64,000 bases of DNA from Streptococcus cristatus (GCF_963529205.1 NZ_CAURYF010000003.1:12258-76257); one strand, 5' to 3'. Positions 1-11,321 are shown, numbered from the stretch's first letter. Made by a program: numbers and translations. The notes: generated from the sequence alone by a model not told the origin.

Positions 1-295
1 TGATATTCTGCACCCGTCCGCCATTATCAACGATGGCCAAAAGTTCGGCTTCGATATCGTCCGCCTTATGCTTGAGTTTAAAAAGACGGTGAAAATGAGC
101 AGGTTGATTGCTTTCTTTATAGAGATAGCCCCTATTGGTACTGATAATGGGAGTGCCATCGGCTCGCAGCAGGGCAATATCCTGAACGATAATCTGGCGA
201 GTGACATGAAATTGTTCCGCCAAAAATTGTCCGTTTAAAGGTTGGCGAGCTTCTTTTAAAAGCTCTAATAGATCATTTCTTCGTTTTTTTGTCAT
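1..295 (-). CDS. niaR: Niacin-responsive transcriptional repressor NiaR (HTH_11 + 3H domain), 3' end outside window
   Basis: Not in the ORF track. Translated by hand from ATG at 295: MTKKRRNDLLELLKEARQPLNGQFLAEQFHVTRQIIVQDIALLRADGTPIISTNRGY, typical of NiaR; lies downstream of niaX. Confidence 0.9.
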   Translation of the reverse strand, partial: MTKKRRNDLLELLKEARQPLNGQFLAEQFHVTRQIIVQDIALLRADGTPIISTNRGYLYKESNQPAHFHRLFKLKHKADDIEAELLAIVDNGGRVQNI

Positions 296-333
296 AACTT
301 CATTGTAAATCAAATCTCTAGAAGATTCAAGGT

Positions 334-858
334 TTAACGAATCTTTTTCAGAGCCTGATAGACAAATTTGGCAATGACAAAGTCCACCATACTATGGACA
401 ATTGTACCAAATCCAACTAAACCGAAGAGGATATAGAAGGCATTAGCCGGATAGGCTGTTGTTGTGTAAAAGAGAATGCAGACCACTACCTCACCAAAGG
501 CATGAATCAAGGCCAGCACGAAATTAAAGATCCAGGTCGTTTTCTGATTGTCCAATATACCAGGATGCTTTTGCAGGTAAAGAGCGCCGATAGTCCCGAA
601 AAGCAGGTGAGACAGGGCTCTCAGGGTGATGATGAAAGGAAGGCCGGACATGAAAAATCCGATGGTAGAGCCGAGAACGACAATCACTGTCATGAGTGGT
701 GAGATGAACATGGCTAGAAAGATTGCAACGTGGCTGGCTAGAGTGAAGGAAGCAGGCGGAATGACAATCTTAATCGGCATAACCAGCGGGATAACGATGG
801 CTAGGGCAGTCAAGAAAGCGGTCAGTGTCATAAACTGATTTTTAGATGTTGGTTTCAT
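334..858 (-). CDS. niaX: Niacin ECF transporter S component NiaX
   Basis: 174 aa hydrophobic protein with PPASFTLASHV motif; next to niaR, with a NiaR operator upstream. Confidence 0.88.
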   Translation of the reverse strand: MKPTSKNQFMTLTAFLTALAIVIPLVMPIKIVIPPASFTLASHVAIFLAMFISPLMTVIVVLGSTIGFFMSGLPFIITLRALSHLLFGTIGALYLQKHPGILDNQKTTWIFNFVLALIHAFGEVVVCILFYTTTAYPANAFYILFGLVGFGTIVHSMVDFVIAKFVYQALKKIR

Positions 859-873
859 AATAAACTCCTTTTA

Positions 874-922
874 TCTACTGTATATACACTAGAATAGTAC
901 ATTGTTTTGTCATAAAAGTCAA
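874..922 (-). promoter_or_regulatory. NiaR operator (874-893) and sigma-A promoter of niaX
   Basis: Near-perfect palindrome TCTACTGTATATACACTAGA; on the minus strand TTGACT (922-917), 17 bp, TACTAT (899-894) directly upstream of it. Confidence 0.8.
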
Positions 923-1065
923 GAAAGTTTTTTGAAAACAAGTGATTTTTTTGCACATTTGTCAAATAAGATAAAATATCGTATAATAAGACGGTAAAAT
1001 ATGGCTGTCATTCAGGTTCTGTTCTTTTTCTGAATGTCTGTCCACTTATAAGGAGAAATGAATTA

Positions 1066-1404
1066 ATGAATAATTTGCCAAATTGCCCAAAATGTAACTC
1101 AGAATACGTTTATGAAGACGGTGTTCTTTTAGTTTGCCCAGAATGTGCCTACGAATGGGATCCAGCAGAAGTTGCAGCAGGAGAAGCTGGTCCAGTGGCT
1201 ATTGATGCGAACGGAAACCAGTTGGCCGATGGGGATACAGTTACCTTAATCAAGGACTTGAAAGTCAAAGGTGCTCCTAAGGATCTCAAACAAGGAACGC
1301 GCGTGAAAAATATCCGCATCGTCGAAGGCGACCACAATATTGACTGTAAGATTGACGGATTTGGTGCTATGAAGCTCAAGTCAGAATTTGTCAAGAAAAT
1401 CTGA
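1066..1404 (+). CDS. phnA: PhnA/YjdM zinc-ribbon family protein
   Basis: CPKC...CPEC zinc ribbon, [11 protein letters not shown] and LKSEFVKK motifs. Confidence 0.9.
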   Translation: MNNLPNCPKCNSEYVYEDGVLLVCPECAYEWDPAEVAAGEAGPVAIDANGNQLADGDTVTLIKDLKVKGAPKDLKQGTRVKNIRIVEGDHNIDCKIDGFGAMKLKSEFVKKI

Positions 1405-1412
1405 GAAGCGCT

Positions 1413-2039
1413 ATGAATAAAAAAATAATTCTTTCTTATCGCCTTCTTCTTCTGGTTTTAGCTTTTGTCGGAGTCTATCTGGAAATTGCTAAACTTGGCG
1501 TAGGAATGCTGATGTACTACACGGTCTTGTCTAATCTTCTGGTTCTGTTATTCACAGCCTATCTCATTTTTAGGATGTGGACAGACAATAATTGGGAGAG
1601 TTCCAAGCTGTTGCGCGTGAAGGGCGGCGTGACCATGTGTATCATGATTACCTGCGTCGTCTATCACTTGCTCCTAGCTCCGATTGCGACAGATTTTTAT
1701 CGTTTGGAAAATTTCCTTTGCCATTACATTGTGCCTCTCATGTTTTTCTTTGATACTCTTGTATTTGATAAAACTCGGCAGTACCGTTGGTTTGATCCCA
1801 TTTCTTGGACAAGTGTTCCGCTGATTTACATGATTTTTGCCCTTATTAACGGTTTTTTCTTGAAAATTGATATTCCGAATGCCAAGGATAAACCCTTTCC
1901 CTACTTTTTCCTTAATGTCTATAAGCACGGTTGGCCTTATGTTATCAAGATGTGCTTGATTATCTTTGTGGCCTATCTAGTCTTTGGTTATATTTTTTAT
2001 GGAATCAAATCTATCTCATTTTCAAAGAAGAAAGCTTAG
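1413..2039 (+). CDS. Integral membrane protein (Pr6Pr-like family)
   Basis: Multi-TM; YYTVLSN, HYIVP and PYFFLN motifs. Confidence 0.7.
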   Translation: MNKKIILSYRLLLLVLAFVGVYLEIAKLGVGMLMYYTVLSNLLVLLFTAYLIFRMWTDNNWESSKLLRVKGGVTMCIMITCVVYHLLLAPIATDFYRLENFLCHYIVPLMFFFDTLVFDKTRQYRWFDPISWTSVPLIYMIFALINGFFLKIDIPNAKDKPFPYFFLNVYKHGWPYVIKMCLIIFVAYLVFGYIFYGIKSISFSKKKA

Positions 2040-2175
2040 ATTCTTATAATAGGAATAGAAAACAGATGTTCTCTGTTTTTTATTTTGTTGAAATGGATTA
2101 GCAATTTATCATGAAAAAAGTTCATTTTTTTCTTGAAATGGAATTGAAATTGTGGTATAGTTATAAACAATTAAA

Positions 2176-2305
2176 TAGTCCTTTAATTCTATCCAGAGAG
2201 ATAGGCAAGGAGCAAAGTAAAAATGATGGGTGGAGTGTGACAAGTGCGTCTTGTTTCAGCCTGTCTATATTTTCTGAGGTCTCCTTGCAAAAGGAGGCTT
2301 TTTTA
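2176..2305 (+). promoter_or_regulatory. PyrR-binding attenuator leader
   Basis: AGTCCTTTAA...ATCCAGAGAG binding stem-loop, then terminator GGTCTCCTT-GCAA-AAGGAGGCT-TTTTT before pyrR. Confidence 0.85.
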
Positions 2306-2324
2306 ATGTTTTTAGGAGGTTTAG

Positions 2325-2852
2325 ATGAAGACAAAGGAAGTTGTCGATGAGATCACTATGAATCGTGCCATCACGCGAATCACCTATGAAATCATCGAGC
2401 GCAACAAGGATTTAAGCCAAATCGTTTTGGCAGGCATTAAGACCAGAGGGGTTTTCATTGCCAAGCGGATCCAACAAAGACTGGCTCAGCTTGAGAAAAT
2501 AGAAATTCCAGTTTGCGAAGTAGATACAAAGCCCTTCCGAGACGATATCAAAGTCAAGGAAGACACGACAGTGATTCCAGTTGACATTACTGATCGTGAA
2601 GTGATTCTCGTTGACGATGTGCTCTATACAGGTCGGACGATCCGCGCAGCCATTGATAATCTTGTCAGCAATGGGCGGCCGTCACGTGTCAGCCTCGCTG
2701 TTCTAGTGGACCGTGGGCACCGTGAGTTGCCGATTCGGGCAGACTATGTTGGCAAAAATATTCCAACGAGCCGCCGCGAAGAGATTATTGTTGAAATGAC
2801 TGAAAAAGATGGTCAGGACCGAGTTCTGATTGTAGAGGAGGAGACAAGATGA
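2325..2852 (+). CDS. pyrR: Pyrimidine operon regulator / uracil phosphoribosyltransferase PyrR
   Basis: [17 protein letters not shown] motif; [20 protein letters not shown]. Confidence 0.97.
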   Translation: MKTKEVVDEITMNRAITRITYEIIERNKDLSQIVLAGIKTRGVFIAKRIQQRLAQLEKIEIPVCEVDTKPFRDDIKVKEDTTVIPVDITDREVILVDDVLYTGRTIRAAIDNLVSNGRPSRVSLAVLVDRGHRELPIRADYVGKNIPTSRREEIIVEMTEKDGQDRVLIVEEETR

Positions 2853-4129
2853 GTCAAGAAATTAAATACGATGTCCATGATATGCCAAAACCTGGTTTAC
2901 TCTTAGGACTTTCATTCCAGCATCTATTCGCCATGTTTGGTGCGACGGTGTTGGTTCCGATTCTGGTGGGAATTGACCCAGCAGTAGCCCTGTTTTCAAG
3001 TGGTTTGGGAACGCTGGCCCACTTGACAGTGACCAAGTACAAAATCCCTGCTTATATGGGTTCCAGCTTTGCTTATATCGCTGCCATGCAAATGCTGATG
3101 AAGACAGATGGGATTGCTGCGGTTGCACAAGGTGCTATCACGGGTGGTCTAGTCTACTTCATCGTAGCCCTCATCGTGAAATTCGCAGGCAACGCTTGGA
3201 TTGATAAGATTTTGCCGCCAGTAGTGGTAGGGCCTATCATTATGGTGATTGGTCTGAGTCTAGCGGGTACAGCCGTTGGCGATGTGATGTATAAGACCGT
3301 TGGAGACCAGAAGGTCTACGACATCACCTACTTTGCTATCGGGATGGTAACCCTCCTCTGTGTCATTCTATTTAACATCTACGGTAAGAAAATCGTTGGT
3401 ATTATTCCAGTTCTGCTGGGCTTGATTGTTGGCTATATCTTTGCCCTGATTGTCGGAGCGGTGACAGGTCAGGAGATTATCTCTTTTGCCAACGTGACAA
3501 AAGCTTCTTGGTTCCACGTTCCGCCGATGAATCTTCCATTTATAGATTATGATTTTAAATTGTATCCAAGTGCAATTCTAACAATGGCACCGATTGCCTT
3601 TGTAACGATGACAGAGCACTTTGGGCATGTAATGGTTCTGAACAGCTTGACAGGCAAAGATTTCTTTAAAGAGCCTGGATTGGATAAGACTTTGGCTGGA
3701 GATGGTCTGGCTCAGGTTATTGCGGGTATCTTTGGTGCTCCACCAGTGACTAGCTACGGTGAAAATATCGGGGTGATGGCACTCAATAAAATCTACAGTG
3801 TTTATGTAATTGCTGGTGCTGCTGTATTGGCTATTATCATGAGTTTTGTCGGGAAAGTATCCGCCCTGCTCCAATCGATTCCAAGTCCAGTTTTGGGAGG
3901 CATTTCCATCGCCCTCTTCGGGGTAATTGCTTCCAGCGGTTTGAAAATTCTGATTGAAGCCCAAACCAATTTTGACAACAAAAAGAATCTGCTGATTGCC
4001 AGTGTCGTTCTGGTATCTGGTATCGGTGGTCTGACCCTGCAACTATCAGGTCTGCAAGTTTCAGGAGTTGCCTTGTCAACTGTTCTCGGAATTGCCCTCT
4101 ACCTCATCCTGCCAGAACCTAAAAATTAG
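2849..4129 (+). CDS. pyrP: Uracil permease (NCS2 family)
   Basis: [14 protein letters not shown] and TSYGENIGV motifs; pyr operon context. Confidence 0.93.
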   Translation: MSQEIKYDVHDMPKPGLLLGLSFQHLFAMFGATVLVPILVGIDPAVALFSSGLGTLAHLTVTKYKIPAYMGSSFAYIAAMQMLMKTDGIAAVAQGAITGGLVYFIVALIVKFAGNAWIDKILPPVVVGPIIMVIGLSLAGTAVGDVMYKTVGDQKVYDITYFAIGMVTLLCVILFNIYGKKIVGIIPVLLGLIVGYIFALIVGAVTGQEIISFANVTKASWFHVPPMNLPFIDYDFKLYPSAILTMAPIAFVTMTEHFGHVMVLNSLTGKDFFKEPGLDKTLAGDGLAQVIAGIFGAPPVTSYGENIGVMALNKIYSVYVIAGAAVLAIIMSFVGKVSALLQSIPSPVLGGISIALFGVIASSGLKILIEAQTNFDNKKNLLIASVVLVSGIGGLTLQLSGLQVSGVALSTVLGIALYLILPEPKN

Positions 4130-4185
4130 GCTGACGAGATTGCTACATTTGTCCAAAGTTTTTAATAAAAAAGGAGTATAACATC

Positions 4186-5103
4186 ATGTCATCAAATCAA
4201 ATCGCACTTAAAAATCTTGTATCTATGGAACACCTTACGAACGAAGAAGTAATGGCTTTGATCAAGCGCGGGATCGAATTTAAAAACGGCGCAAAGGTTC
4301 ATTATGATGAGCAGCATATCGTTGCAAACCTCTTCTTTGAATCTTCAACTCGGACTCACAAGGCTTTTGAAGTAGCAGAATTAAAACTTGGATGCGACCT
4401 GCTTGACTTTGATGTCAAGACAAGCTCAGTCAACAAGGGAGAAACCTTGTATGACACGATTTTGACTATGTCAGCTCTCGGTGTAGATGTCTGTGTCATC
4501 CGTCACCCTGAGGTGGATTACTATAAAGAATTGATCGAAAGCCCAACAATTACAACTTCTATCGTAAATGGTGGTGATGGTTCTGGTCAGCATCCGAGTC
4601 AAAGTTTGCTTGACTTGATGACCATTTACCAAGAATTCGGTCATTTTGATGGTTTGAAAGTAGCTATCGCTGGTGACCTTGATCACTCTCGTGTAGCCAA
4701 GTCTAATATGCAAATCTTGAAACGTCTTGGTGCCGAGCTCTTCTTTGCTGGTCCAGATGAGTGGAGAAGTGAGGAGTTTGCTGACTATGGTAAGTTCGTA
4801 ACGATTGACGAAGTGATTGACCAGGTGGACGTGATGATGTTCCTTCGTGTGCAGCATGAGCGCCATGACTACAACTCTATTTTCTCTAAGGAAAATTATC
4901 ATAAACTTCATGGTTTGACGCAAGAGCGCTATGATCGTATGAAGGATACCGCTATCCTGATGCACCCAGCGCCTGTCAATCGCGATGTAGAAATTGCAGA
5001 CCATTTGGTTGAAGCTCCAAAATCTCGGATTGTAGAACAAATGACAAATGGAGTCTTTGTCAGAATGGCTATCATTGAGGCTGTTCTCAAAGGACGAAAT
5101 TAA
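4186..5103 (+). CDS. pyrB: Aspartate carbamoyltransferase catalytic subunit
   Basis: [16 protein letters not shown] and MHPAP motifs. Confidence 0.97.
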   Translation: MSSNQIALKNLVSMEHLTNEEVMALIKRGIEFKNGAKVHYDEQHIVANLFFESSTRTHKAFEVAELKLGCDLLDFDVKTSSVNKGETLYDTILTMSALGVDVCVIRHPEVDYYKELIESPTITTSIVNGGDGSGQHPSQSLLDLMTIYQEFGHFDGLKVAIAGDLDHSRVAKSNMQILKRLGAELFFAGPDEWRSEEFADYGKFVTIDEVIDQVDVMMFLRVQHERHDYNSIFSKENYHKLHGLTQERYDRMKDTAILMHPAPVNRDVEIADHLVEAPKSRIVEQMTNGVFVRMAIIEAVLKGRN

Positions 5104-5118
5104 TCTCAAATGTAGCTT

Positions 5119-5162
5119 GGGAGTAGGATTGGACTCAATAAGAGTCTTCCTATTCCTTTTTT
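5119..5162 (+). terminator. Intrinsic terminator after pyrB
   Basis: GGAGTAGGA...TCCTATTCC stem followed by a T run. Confidence 0.7.
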
Positions 5163-5200
5163 AAACTTAATCTTAAAGACTTATAAAAAAACAAATGTTA

Positions 5201-5251
5201 AAATCAAAAGAACTACTCGAAATTATGTTTTTTGAGTAGTTCTTTTGATTT
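5201..5251 (-). terminator. Terminator of the hydrolase/ECF operon
   Basis: 18-bp inverted repeat AAATCAAAAGAACTACTC / GAGTAGTTCTTTTGATTT. Confidence 0.75.
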
Positions 5252-5816
5252 ATGCATTGCTGGATTTTACAAAGATTCTTGGGATGACTTTTTTGAGTTG
5301 TGGTATGAAGACCAGACTGACCCCAATAACGATGAGTCGGTCTGCATAGTCGGTTAGCGCTTGGACGATGATGGTGCTGGTGACCAAATCTAAGCCTAAA
5401 CCGTGTAAACCTTGAACGATAATACTAGAGCCGCTTGGGGTAATTCCTTTGAAGACTATCACAGTGATCAGAGAGGCTAAAGCAGTAGCTGGTAGAGAGA
5501 CTAGAACCGTTTTCCAGAGGAGGTTTAGTCTTGGTTTTGAATCAGCAGTGAAAAAGGCTGAGACAAGCAGAGCCAAAAGAATGGCTACTGGAGAGAAATA
5601 GATAGCAGAGATGTCCGTTGTAAAGGCGCTAATAAGAGCACTGGCAACCGCTGTTCCTACTCCCCAAATAGGTCCTAAAATGAGGCTGGCCAATATCGTT
5701 CCAAAAGTATCCAAATAAACAGGAAGTTTTAGAAAAAGTGCGATGTTGGCCCCGATATAGTTTAGAGCGATGCAGATAGCTGTAAATGTGATGGTAAATG
5801 GTGTTGTTTTTTTCAT
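5250..5816 (-). CDS. ECF transporter S component, predicted queuosine/queuine-specific (QrtT-like)
   Basis: LKLPVYLDTFGT motif of ECF S components; co-transcribed behind a preQ1 riboswitch. Confidence 0.78.
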   Translation of the reverse strand: MKKTTPFTITFTAICIALNYIGANIALFLKLPVYLDTFGTILASLILGPIWGVGTAVASALISAFTTDISAIYFSPVAILLALLVSAFFTADSKPRLNLLWKTVLVSLPATALASLITVIVFKGITPSGSSIIVQGLHGLGLDLVTSTIIVQALTDYADRLIVIGVSLVFIPQLKKVIPRIFVKSSNA

Positions 5817-5820
5817 AATT

Positions 5821-6798
5821 TTATCCTAAATTTAAAGTTTCTAGATCTTGGCAGATAATTTCCTTTGAAGTGTTGAGTATCACGGAGAGAAAATCCTGAA
5901 AGAAGAGGTGGCTGTTTACTTGGGTCAGCACCTTAGCATTGGCTTGCTTACCATAAAAATGATAGGCATCAACCAGCGTTTGTCCCATGGCAATGCCTTC
6001 CGTTGCAAGATCGACGAAGGAGTTAAAGCCTTGGCAAAGGTCTTCATGCAGGAAATGGGCAACAGCCAATGGATCGTTGATGACACAACCGATGATATGT
6101 TCATACTCCCAATGAAAATCCCAGTAAAAACGAGTGATTTTTCCGACAAAGTCAGCGACTTCAGGATTGATAAAACGCATATATTCCAAGAGATTGGGTG
6201 TCAAGACAATCTTTCGAGTGACATCTAGACCGACCATTTCAATCTTTTTTCCAAGTTTTTCGTAGGTTTCTTGCGCTGCATGTGGATCGCACCAGTAGTT
6301 GTACTCAGCTACGGGCGAGCAGTTGCCATGCGATTTGTAGCTGCCGCCCATGCTGACAAATCGGTCTAGATGTTGCCCAAGTGTAGGATTTTTCCTAAGA
6401 GCCAAAGCAATATTAGTCAAAGGCCCCTGTGCAATGATGGAAGTATCACTATTTTTCTGGAAATAGTCAGCCAGAAAGTCATAAGCTGCTTGTGGTTGGG
6501 CTTGGGTGGAACTGCTTCTTGTTATCCCGCTTTCCCCCAATCCATCCATGCCGTGGGTGTCCTGAGCGGAGACGAAGTCACGAACCAAGGGCTTGTCGGC
6601 TCCTGCATATACTGGAATATCTAGCCGATTCAGCCTTTCTAGGATTTTAAAGGCATTTTCAAGACCAAGTTCCACTGGGACATTTCCAGCGACTATGGTC
6701 AAAGCTACGACCTCTAAGTCAGGGTGTTGCAAGGCATAGAGCAGGGCTATGCTGTCGTCTATGCCAGGATCGCAGTCAATAATAACTTTTCTTTTCAT
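5821..6798 (-). CDS. IUNH-family nucleoside hydrolase, predicted queuosine hydrolase (QueK-like)
   Basis: DCDPGIDD, GPLTN and AEYN motifs; preQ1 riboswitch upstream. Confidence 0.85.
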   Translation of the reverse strand: MKRKVIIDCDPGIDDSIALLYALQHPDLEVVALTIVAGNVPVELGLENAFKILERLNRLDIPVYAGADKPLVRDFVSAQDTHGMDGLGESGITRSSSTQAQPQAAYDFLADYFQKNSDTSIIAQGPLTNIALALRKNPTLGQHLDRFVSMGGSYKSHGNCSPVAEYNYWCDPHAAQETYEKLGKKIEMVGLDVTRKIVLTPNLLEYMRFINPEVADFVGKITRFYWDFHWEYEHIIGCVINDPLAVAHFLHEDLCQGFNSFVDLATEGIAMGQTLVDAYHFYGKQANAKVLTQVNSHLFFQDFLSVILNTSKEIICQDLETLNLG

Positions 6799-6924
6799 AG
6801 GTCCTCCTTTTGAGAAATAAAATAAGGCTGAAACTTCCGTCTCAACCTCTCAGTTAGTTCTGCCAAAGTGGCAGGACACCAGAAAAAACTATGCGCAATT
6901 ACATTACTTTAGAATATAAGGGTA

Positions 6925-6960
6925 CTTAGTTTTTTATACTGGGAAGTTTGCGAACCAGTC
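6925..6960 (-). ncRNA. preQ1-I riboswitch aptamer (type I-like)
   Basis: Minus strand GACTGGTTCGCAAACTTCCCAGTATAAAAAACTAAG: 5-bp P1 (ACTGG/CCAGT), UUCG loop start, A-rich tail AAAAAACUA; promoter TTGACT(7020-7015)-17-TATGAT(6997-6992) upstream. Confidence 0.9.
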
Positions 6961-7096
6961 CAAAACAAGTGTTTTGAATTATGCATTTACTATCATAAAG
7001 AAAAATTTCCTAAAAGTCAATGGAAAGGGGGACAAGATTAGTCAGTCTTTTGACTTTGTGATATAATAAGTAAGATAGAAGAAATGAGGAGATACA

Positions 7097-7480
7097 ATGG
7101 CAAAAATAGTACAAACAGATAAAGCACCAGCAGCAATCGGCCCATATGTTCAAGGAAAAATCGTTGGTAACCTTTTATTTGCAAGTGGTCAGATTCCTTT
7201 GTCACCAGAGACAGGAGAAATTGTAGGTGCAACGATTGAAGAGCAGACTCAGCAAGTTTTAAAAAATGTAGGAGCTATTTTGGAAGCGGCTGGAACAGAT
7301 TTTGACCATGTGGTCAAGGCGACCTGCTTCCTAAGTGATATCAATGATTTTGTGCCATTTAATGAGGTCTACAAAACGGCTTTTAAGAGCGAGTTTCCAG
7401 CTCGTTCGGCAGTAGAAGTGGCTCGCTTGCCTCGTGATGTAAAAATCGAAATTGAAGTCATTGCTGAGATTGTAGAATAA
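7097..7480 (+). CDS. ridA: RidA family enamine/imine deaminase
   Basis: APAAIGPY, SGQIP, PARSAV and EIE motifs. Confidence 0.93.
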   Translation: MAKIVQTDKAPAAIGPYVQGKIVGNLLFASGQIPLSPETGEIVGATIEEQTQQVLKNVGAILEAAGTDFDHVVKATCFLSDINDFVPFNEVYKTAFKSEFPARSAVEVARLPRDVKIEIEVIAEIVE

Positions 7481-7547
7481 ATGATTGGGACCGGGAGAAG
7501 TTTCCCGTCCTTTTTTAGAAATAAAATGTTAGACGAAGGGAGAAAGA

Positions 7548-8438
7548 ATGGCTGAACACAAGATTCAATTAGTGATTGTGACAGGAATGAGCGGTGCCGG
7601 AAAGACCGTTGCTATCCAGTCTTTTGAGGATTTGGGTTATTTTACCATTGATAATATGCCGCCGACCTTAGTACCAAAGTTTTTGCAGCTGGTCGAAGGA
7701 ACCACTGACAATGATAAACTAGCTCTGGTTGTTGATATGCGGAGTCGCTCCTTCTTTTTGGAGATTCAGGATATTCTGGATGAGCTGGAAAGAAGTACGG
7801 AAATTGATTTTAAAATTCTATTTTTGGATGCGGCTGACAAGGAATTGGTGGCTCGCTATAAGGAAACGCGACGTAGTCACCCTTTGGCAGCCGACGGGCG
7901 AATTTTAGATGGTATTAAATTGGAGCGCGAACTCTTAGCCCCTCTGAAGAACCTCAGTCAAAATGTTGTAGATACGACGGAACTGACACCACGGGAGCTC
8001 AGAAAGACCATCTCTGAACAATTTTCAAACCAGGCTGACCTGCACAGTTTCCGCATTGAGGTTATGAGTTTTGGTTTCAAATACGGTTTACCTCTGGATG
8101 CGGACTTGGTTTTTGATGTGCGTTTCCTGCCTAATCCCTACTATAAACCTGAGCTGCGTAACCAGACAGGCTTGGACAAGGATGTCTTTGACTATGTCAT
8201 GAACCATGCGGAGTCAGAAGAGTTTTACCAGCATTTGCTGGGCCTGATTGAGCCGATTTTGCCAGGATATCAAAAGGAAGGAAAATCTGTACTGACTATC
8301 GCAGTTGGCTGTACAGGTGGACAACACCGCAGTGTGGCTTTTGCACAGCGTTTGGCGGATGATTTAGCGAAAAACTGGCCAGTTAATGCCAGTCATCGCG
8401 ACAAAAATCGCCGGAAGGAAACGGTGAACCGCTCATGA
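7548..8438 (+). CDS. rapZ: RNase adapter RapZ/YvcJ
   Basis: [16 protein letters not shown] and [10 protein letters not shown] motifs. Confidence 0.95.
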   Translation: MAEHKIQLVIVTGMSGAGKTVAIQSFEDLGYFTIDNMPPTLVPKFLQLVEGTTDNDKLALVVDMRSRSFFLEIQDILDELERSTEIDFKILFLDAADKELVARYKETRRSHPLAADGRILDGIKLERELLAPLKNLSQNVVDTTELTPRELRKTISEQFSNQADLHSFRIEVMSFGFKYGLPLDADLVFDVRFLPNPYYKPELRNQTGLDKDVFDYVMNHAESEEFYQHLLGLIEPILPGYQKEGKSVLTIAVGCTGGQHRSVAFAQRLADDLAKNWPVNASHRDKNRRKETVNRS

Positions 8439-9412
8439 GAAAACCGAGAATTACAGTTATCGGCGGCGGTACAGGAATTTCAGTCATTTTAAACAGCCTG
8501 CGGAAAAAGGATGTGGAGATCACAGCCATTGTCACAGTAGCAGATGATGGCGGCAGTTCTGGTGAGCTGCGGAAAAACATCCAGCAGCTGACACCGCCGG
8601 GTGACTTGCGAAATGTTTTGGTCGCCATGTCTGATATGCCAAAGTTTTATGAGAAGGTCTTCCAGTATCGCTTTGCCAAAGGAGATGGTGTTCTAGCAGG
8701 TCATCCCTTGGGGAATCTGATTATTGCAGGCATTTCCGAAATGCAGGGTTCGACCTATAATGCTATGCAGCTTCTGACTAAGTTTTTCCATACAACAGGT
8801 AAAATCTACCCTTCAAGCGACACTCCGCTGACTCTGCATGCTGTGTTTACAGATGGAACAGAAGTTGTTGGTGAAAGTAATCTGGCCAGTAAGGCTGGTA
8901 TGATTGAGCGGGTCTATGTGACTAATACCTATGATGATGTAAAGCCTGTTGCTAGTAGAAAGGTAGTCCAGAGTATTTTGGATAGCGATATGGTGGTGCT
9001 GGGACCGGGTTCTCTCTTTACCTCCATCTTGCCAAACCTCGTAATCGAAGAAATCGGACAAGCTATTTTAGATACTAAGGCAGAAGTAGCCTATGTTTGC
9101 AATATTATGACTCAACGTGGCGAAACCGAGCACTTTTCAGATAGCGACCACGTTCAAGTACTGCATCGTCATTTGGGTAAAAAGTTCATTGATACTGTCT
9201 TGGTCAATATCGAGCCAGTTCCGCGCGAGTATATGAATAGCAATAAATTTGATGAATATCTGGTTCAGGTTGAGCATAATTTTCGAGGGCTGCAAGAGCA
9301 AGTTCCGCGTGTCATTTCATCGAATTTCCTTCGTTTGGAAAATGGCGGAGCTTTTCATGATGGAGAGTTACTTGTTGATGAATTGATGCAGATTATACAG
9401 GTGCGCAAATGA
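8435..9412 (+). CDS. yvcK: YvcK/GlmR family protein
   Basis: GGGTG, DDGGSSG and PPGDLRN motifs; yvcJ-yvcK-whiA synteny. Confidence 0.93.
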   Translation: MRKPRITVIGGGTGISVILNSLRKKDVEITAIVTVADDGGSSGELRKNIQQLTPPGDLRNVLVAMSDMPKFYEKVFQYRFAKGDGVLAGHPLGNLIIAGISEMQGSTYNAMQLLTKFFHTTGKIYPSSDTPLTLHAVFTDGTEVVGESNLASKAGMIERVYVTNTYDDVKPVASRKVVQSILDSDMVVLGPGSLFTSILPNLVIEEIGQAILDTKAEVAYVCNIMTQRGETEHFSDSDHVQVLHRHLGKKFIDTVLVNIEPVPREYMNSNKFDEYLVQVEHNFRGLQEQVPRVISSNFLRLENGGAFHDGELLVDELMQIIQVRK

Positions 9413-10320
9413 GCTTTACAGTAAAAGTAAAAGAAGAGCTTTTGAGCTTATCTGTAAAAGACAAAAATGAGTTAGCTGCCATGATCAAGATGGCTGGTAG
9501 TTTGGGAATTTCTTCGACTGGCCTTACCTTATCCATTTCAACAGAAAATGCCAAGATTGCTCGCCATCTCTATGAATTGCTGTTGGATCTTTATCAGGTC
9601 AAGTCAGAAATTCGCCATCATCAGAAGACTAATCTGCGCAAGAATCGCGTTTATACAGTATTTCTGGATCAGAAAGTGGAAGAAATCTTATCTGACCTGC
9701 ACTTGGCTGACTCCTTTTTTGGTATTGAGGCAGGTATTGACCAGGCCATTTTGTCAGATGACGAAGCCAGCCGAGCCTATCTGAGGGGGGCCTTTCTCTC
9801 AAATGGCAGCATGCGGGAGCCAGACTCAGGCAAATACCAGCTGGAAATTCTGTCCGTTTATCTGGATCATGCTGAGGATTTAGCTGCCTTGATGCGACGT
9901 TTTCTGCTGGATGCCAAGACCATTGAGCGCAAGAAGGGAGCTGTCACCTATCTGCAGCGGGCTGAGGATATTATGGATTTTCTCATTGTCATTGGGGCTA
10001 TGGAAGCCATGGCTGAGTTTGAGTCTCTTAAGCTCATGCGGGAAGCGCGCAATGACCTCAATCGTGCCAATAATGCGGAGACAGCGAACATTGCTCGCAC
10101 GGTCACAGCCAGTATGAAAACCATCAATAATATTGCCAAAATCAGCGATAATATCGGCATTGAGAGTTTACCTGTAGACCTGCAGGAGGTTGCTCAACTT
10201 CGTATTCAGCATCCGGACTATTCGATCCAGCAGCTAGCTGATAGTCTGAGCCGGCCTCTGACTAAGAGCGGTGTCAATCATCGCTTGAGAAAAATCAATA
10301 AAATCGCAGATGAATTATAA
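9409..10320 (+). CDS. whiA: DNA-binding protein WhiA
   Basis: MSFT..VKEEL, YLRGAFL and [10 protein letters not shown] motifs. Confidence 0.95.
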   Translation: MSFTVKVKEELLSLSVKDKNELAAMIKMAGSLGISSTGLTLSISTENAKIARHLYELLLDLYQVKSEIRHHQKTNLRKNRVYTVFLDQKVEEILSDLHLADSFFGIEAGIDQAILSDDEASRAYLRGAFLSNGSMREPDSGKYQLEILSVYLDHAEDLAALMRRFLLDAKTIERKKGAVTYLQRAEDIMDFLIVIGAMEAMAEFESLKLMREARNDLNRANNAETANIARTVTASMKTINNIAKISDNIGIESLPVDLQEVAQLRIQHPDYSIQQLADSLSRPLTKSGVNHRLRKINKIADEL

Positions 10321-10321
10321 A

Positions 10322-10354
10322 AGCTGCTGAGCTTGAGCTCGGCAGCTGTTTTTT
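10322..10354. terminator. Terminator between convergent whiA and the flavoprotein gene
   Basis: AGCTGCTGAGC-TTGA-GCTCGGCAGCT followed by a T run. Confidence 0.75.
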
Positions 10355-11321
10355 ATAGGCTTGTAGAATGTTTGGGTTGGACCTTCTGGTCGGGATAGAT
10401 ATGATTAATGGCATTGTTGACAGCGGTAGGAGCTTCGCCCAGACCCGTTGCAATTAAATCAATCTTTCCTTCATAGGAACAGCAATCACCAGCAGCATAA
10501 ATACCTGGTATAGAAGTTTCCTGTTTGCTGTTGACCAAAATCTTGTGACGATTGAGCTCCAAGCCCCAATCTTTGAGATTGCCGACAGAGGACTTAAAAC
10601 CGTAGTTGACAAAGAGATGGTCTAATGGAATCAGCTGACTTTCCTCTCCCTTGACTTGGCTGATTTCCAAGTGGGTAATCTTGCCGTTTTCGCCGACCAA
10701 TCGACTAGGTACAAATGGTGTTTTAATCTCAACACTAGAAGCCTTGAGTTCTTCCACGCTATGCTCTAAAGCACGGAAATTATCCCGACGATGAACTAGG
10801 CTGGTTTCTGCGATTTTTTCAAAAGCTAGCGCCCAGTCAACAGCCGAGTCACCGCCACCCAGAACAACAACCTTTTTGCCAGCGTATTGGCTGATGTTTG
10901 AAACGTGATAGTGGAGGTTGCTGTAGGCTTCAGCATCGTCTAGCTCCAAGGCCCTCGGTTTGAAGGCGCCGCCTCCCATGGCGATGATAATGGTTTTGGT
11001 CTGATGTTGAGCCTTAGAAGTCGTGATGGTGAAGCCATCATCAGATTTAACGATATCCAGCACTGTTTCATTTAGGCAAATGTCGGTCTGGAAAGTCTCC
11101 AGCTGCTCAATCAGACGCTGAGTCAACTCTTCGCCAGTCAAATTAGTAAAGCCTGGCACATCCAGAATCTTCTTCTCTGGATAGAGAATGGCCGGCTGAC
11201 CACCCAGCTGAGGTAGGGAATCAATGATTTTCACCTTGGCTTGGCGTAAGTGGGCGTAAAAAGCAGCGAATAAGCCAACTGGACCGCCTCCGACAATCGT
11301 AATATCATACAGTTCAGACAT
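10353..11321 (-). CDS. Thioredoxin-reductase-like ferredoxin-NADP+ reductase (YumC type)
   Basis: GGGPVG, LYPEKKILDVPG, GGGDSAVDWA and C-terminal HST; no CxxC. Start moved to the ATG after GGAA/GAGG RBS. Confidence 0.85.
   Translation of the reverse strand: MSELYDITIVGGGPVGLFAAFYAHLRQAKVKIIDSLPQLGGQPAILYPEKKILDVPGFTNLTGEELTQRLIEQLETFQTDICLNETVLDIVKSDDGFTITTSKAQHQTKTIIIAMGGGAFKPRALELDDAEAYSNLHYHVSNISQYAGKKVVVLGGGDSAVDWALAFEKIAETSLVHRRDNFRALEHSVEELKASSVEIKTPFVPSRLVGENGKITHLEISQVKGEESQLIPLDHLFVNYGFKSSVGNLKDWGLELNRHKILVNSKQETSIPGIYAAGDCCSYEGKIDLIATGLGEAPTAVNNAINHIYPDQKVQPKHSTSL

Noticed and set aside
2111..2350. 79-aa ORF upstream of pyrR
   Set aside because: Overlaps the promoter and PyrR attenuator; not protein-like
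4471..5109. 212-aa antisense ORF over pyrB (likewise 27025-27813 over galT, 54850-55617 over leuA, 38677-39231 over pepN, 56572-57162 over leuC)
   Set aside because: Shadow frames of well-conserved genes, with no RBS or recognisable motifs
4186..5162. pyr operon ends at pyrB without carAB
   Set aside because: pyr gene order varies among streptococci; carAB may simply lie elsewhere
10353..11321. Thioredoxin reductase trxB
   Set aside because: Lacks the CxxC active site; motifs fit a YumC-type ferredoxin-NADP+ reductase
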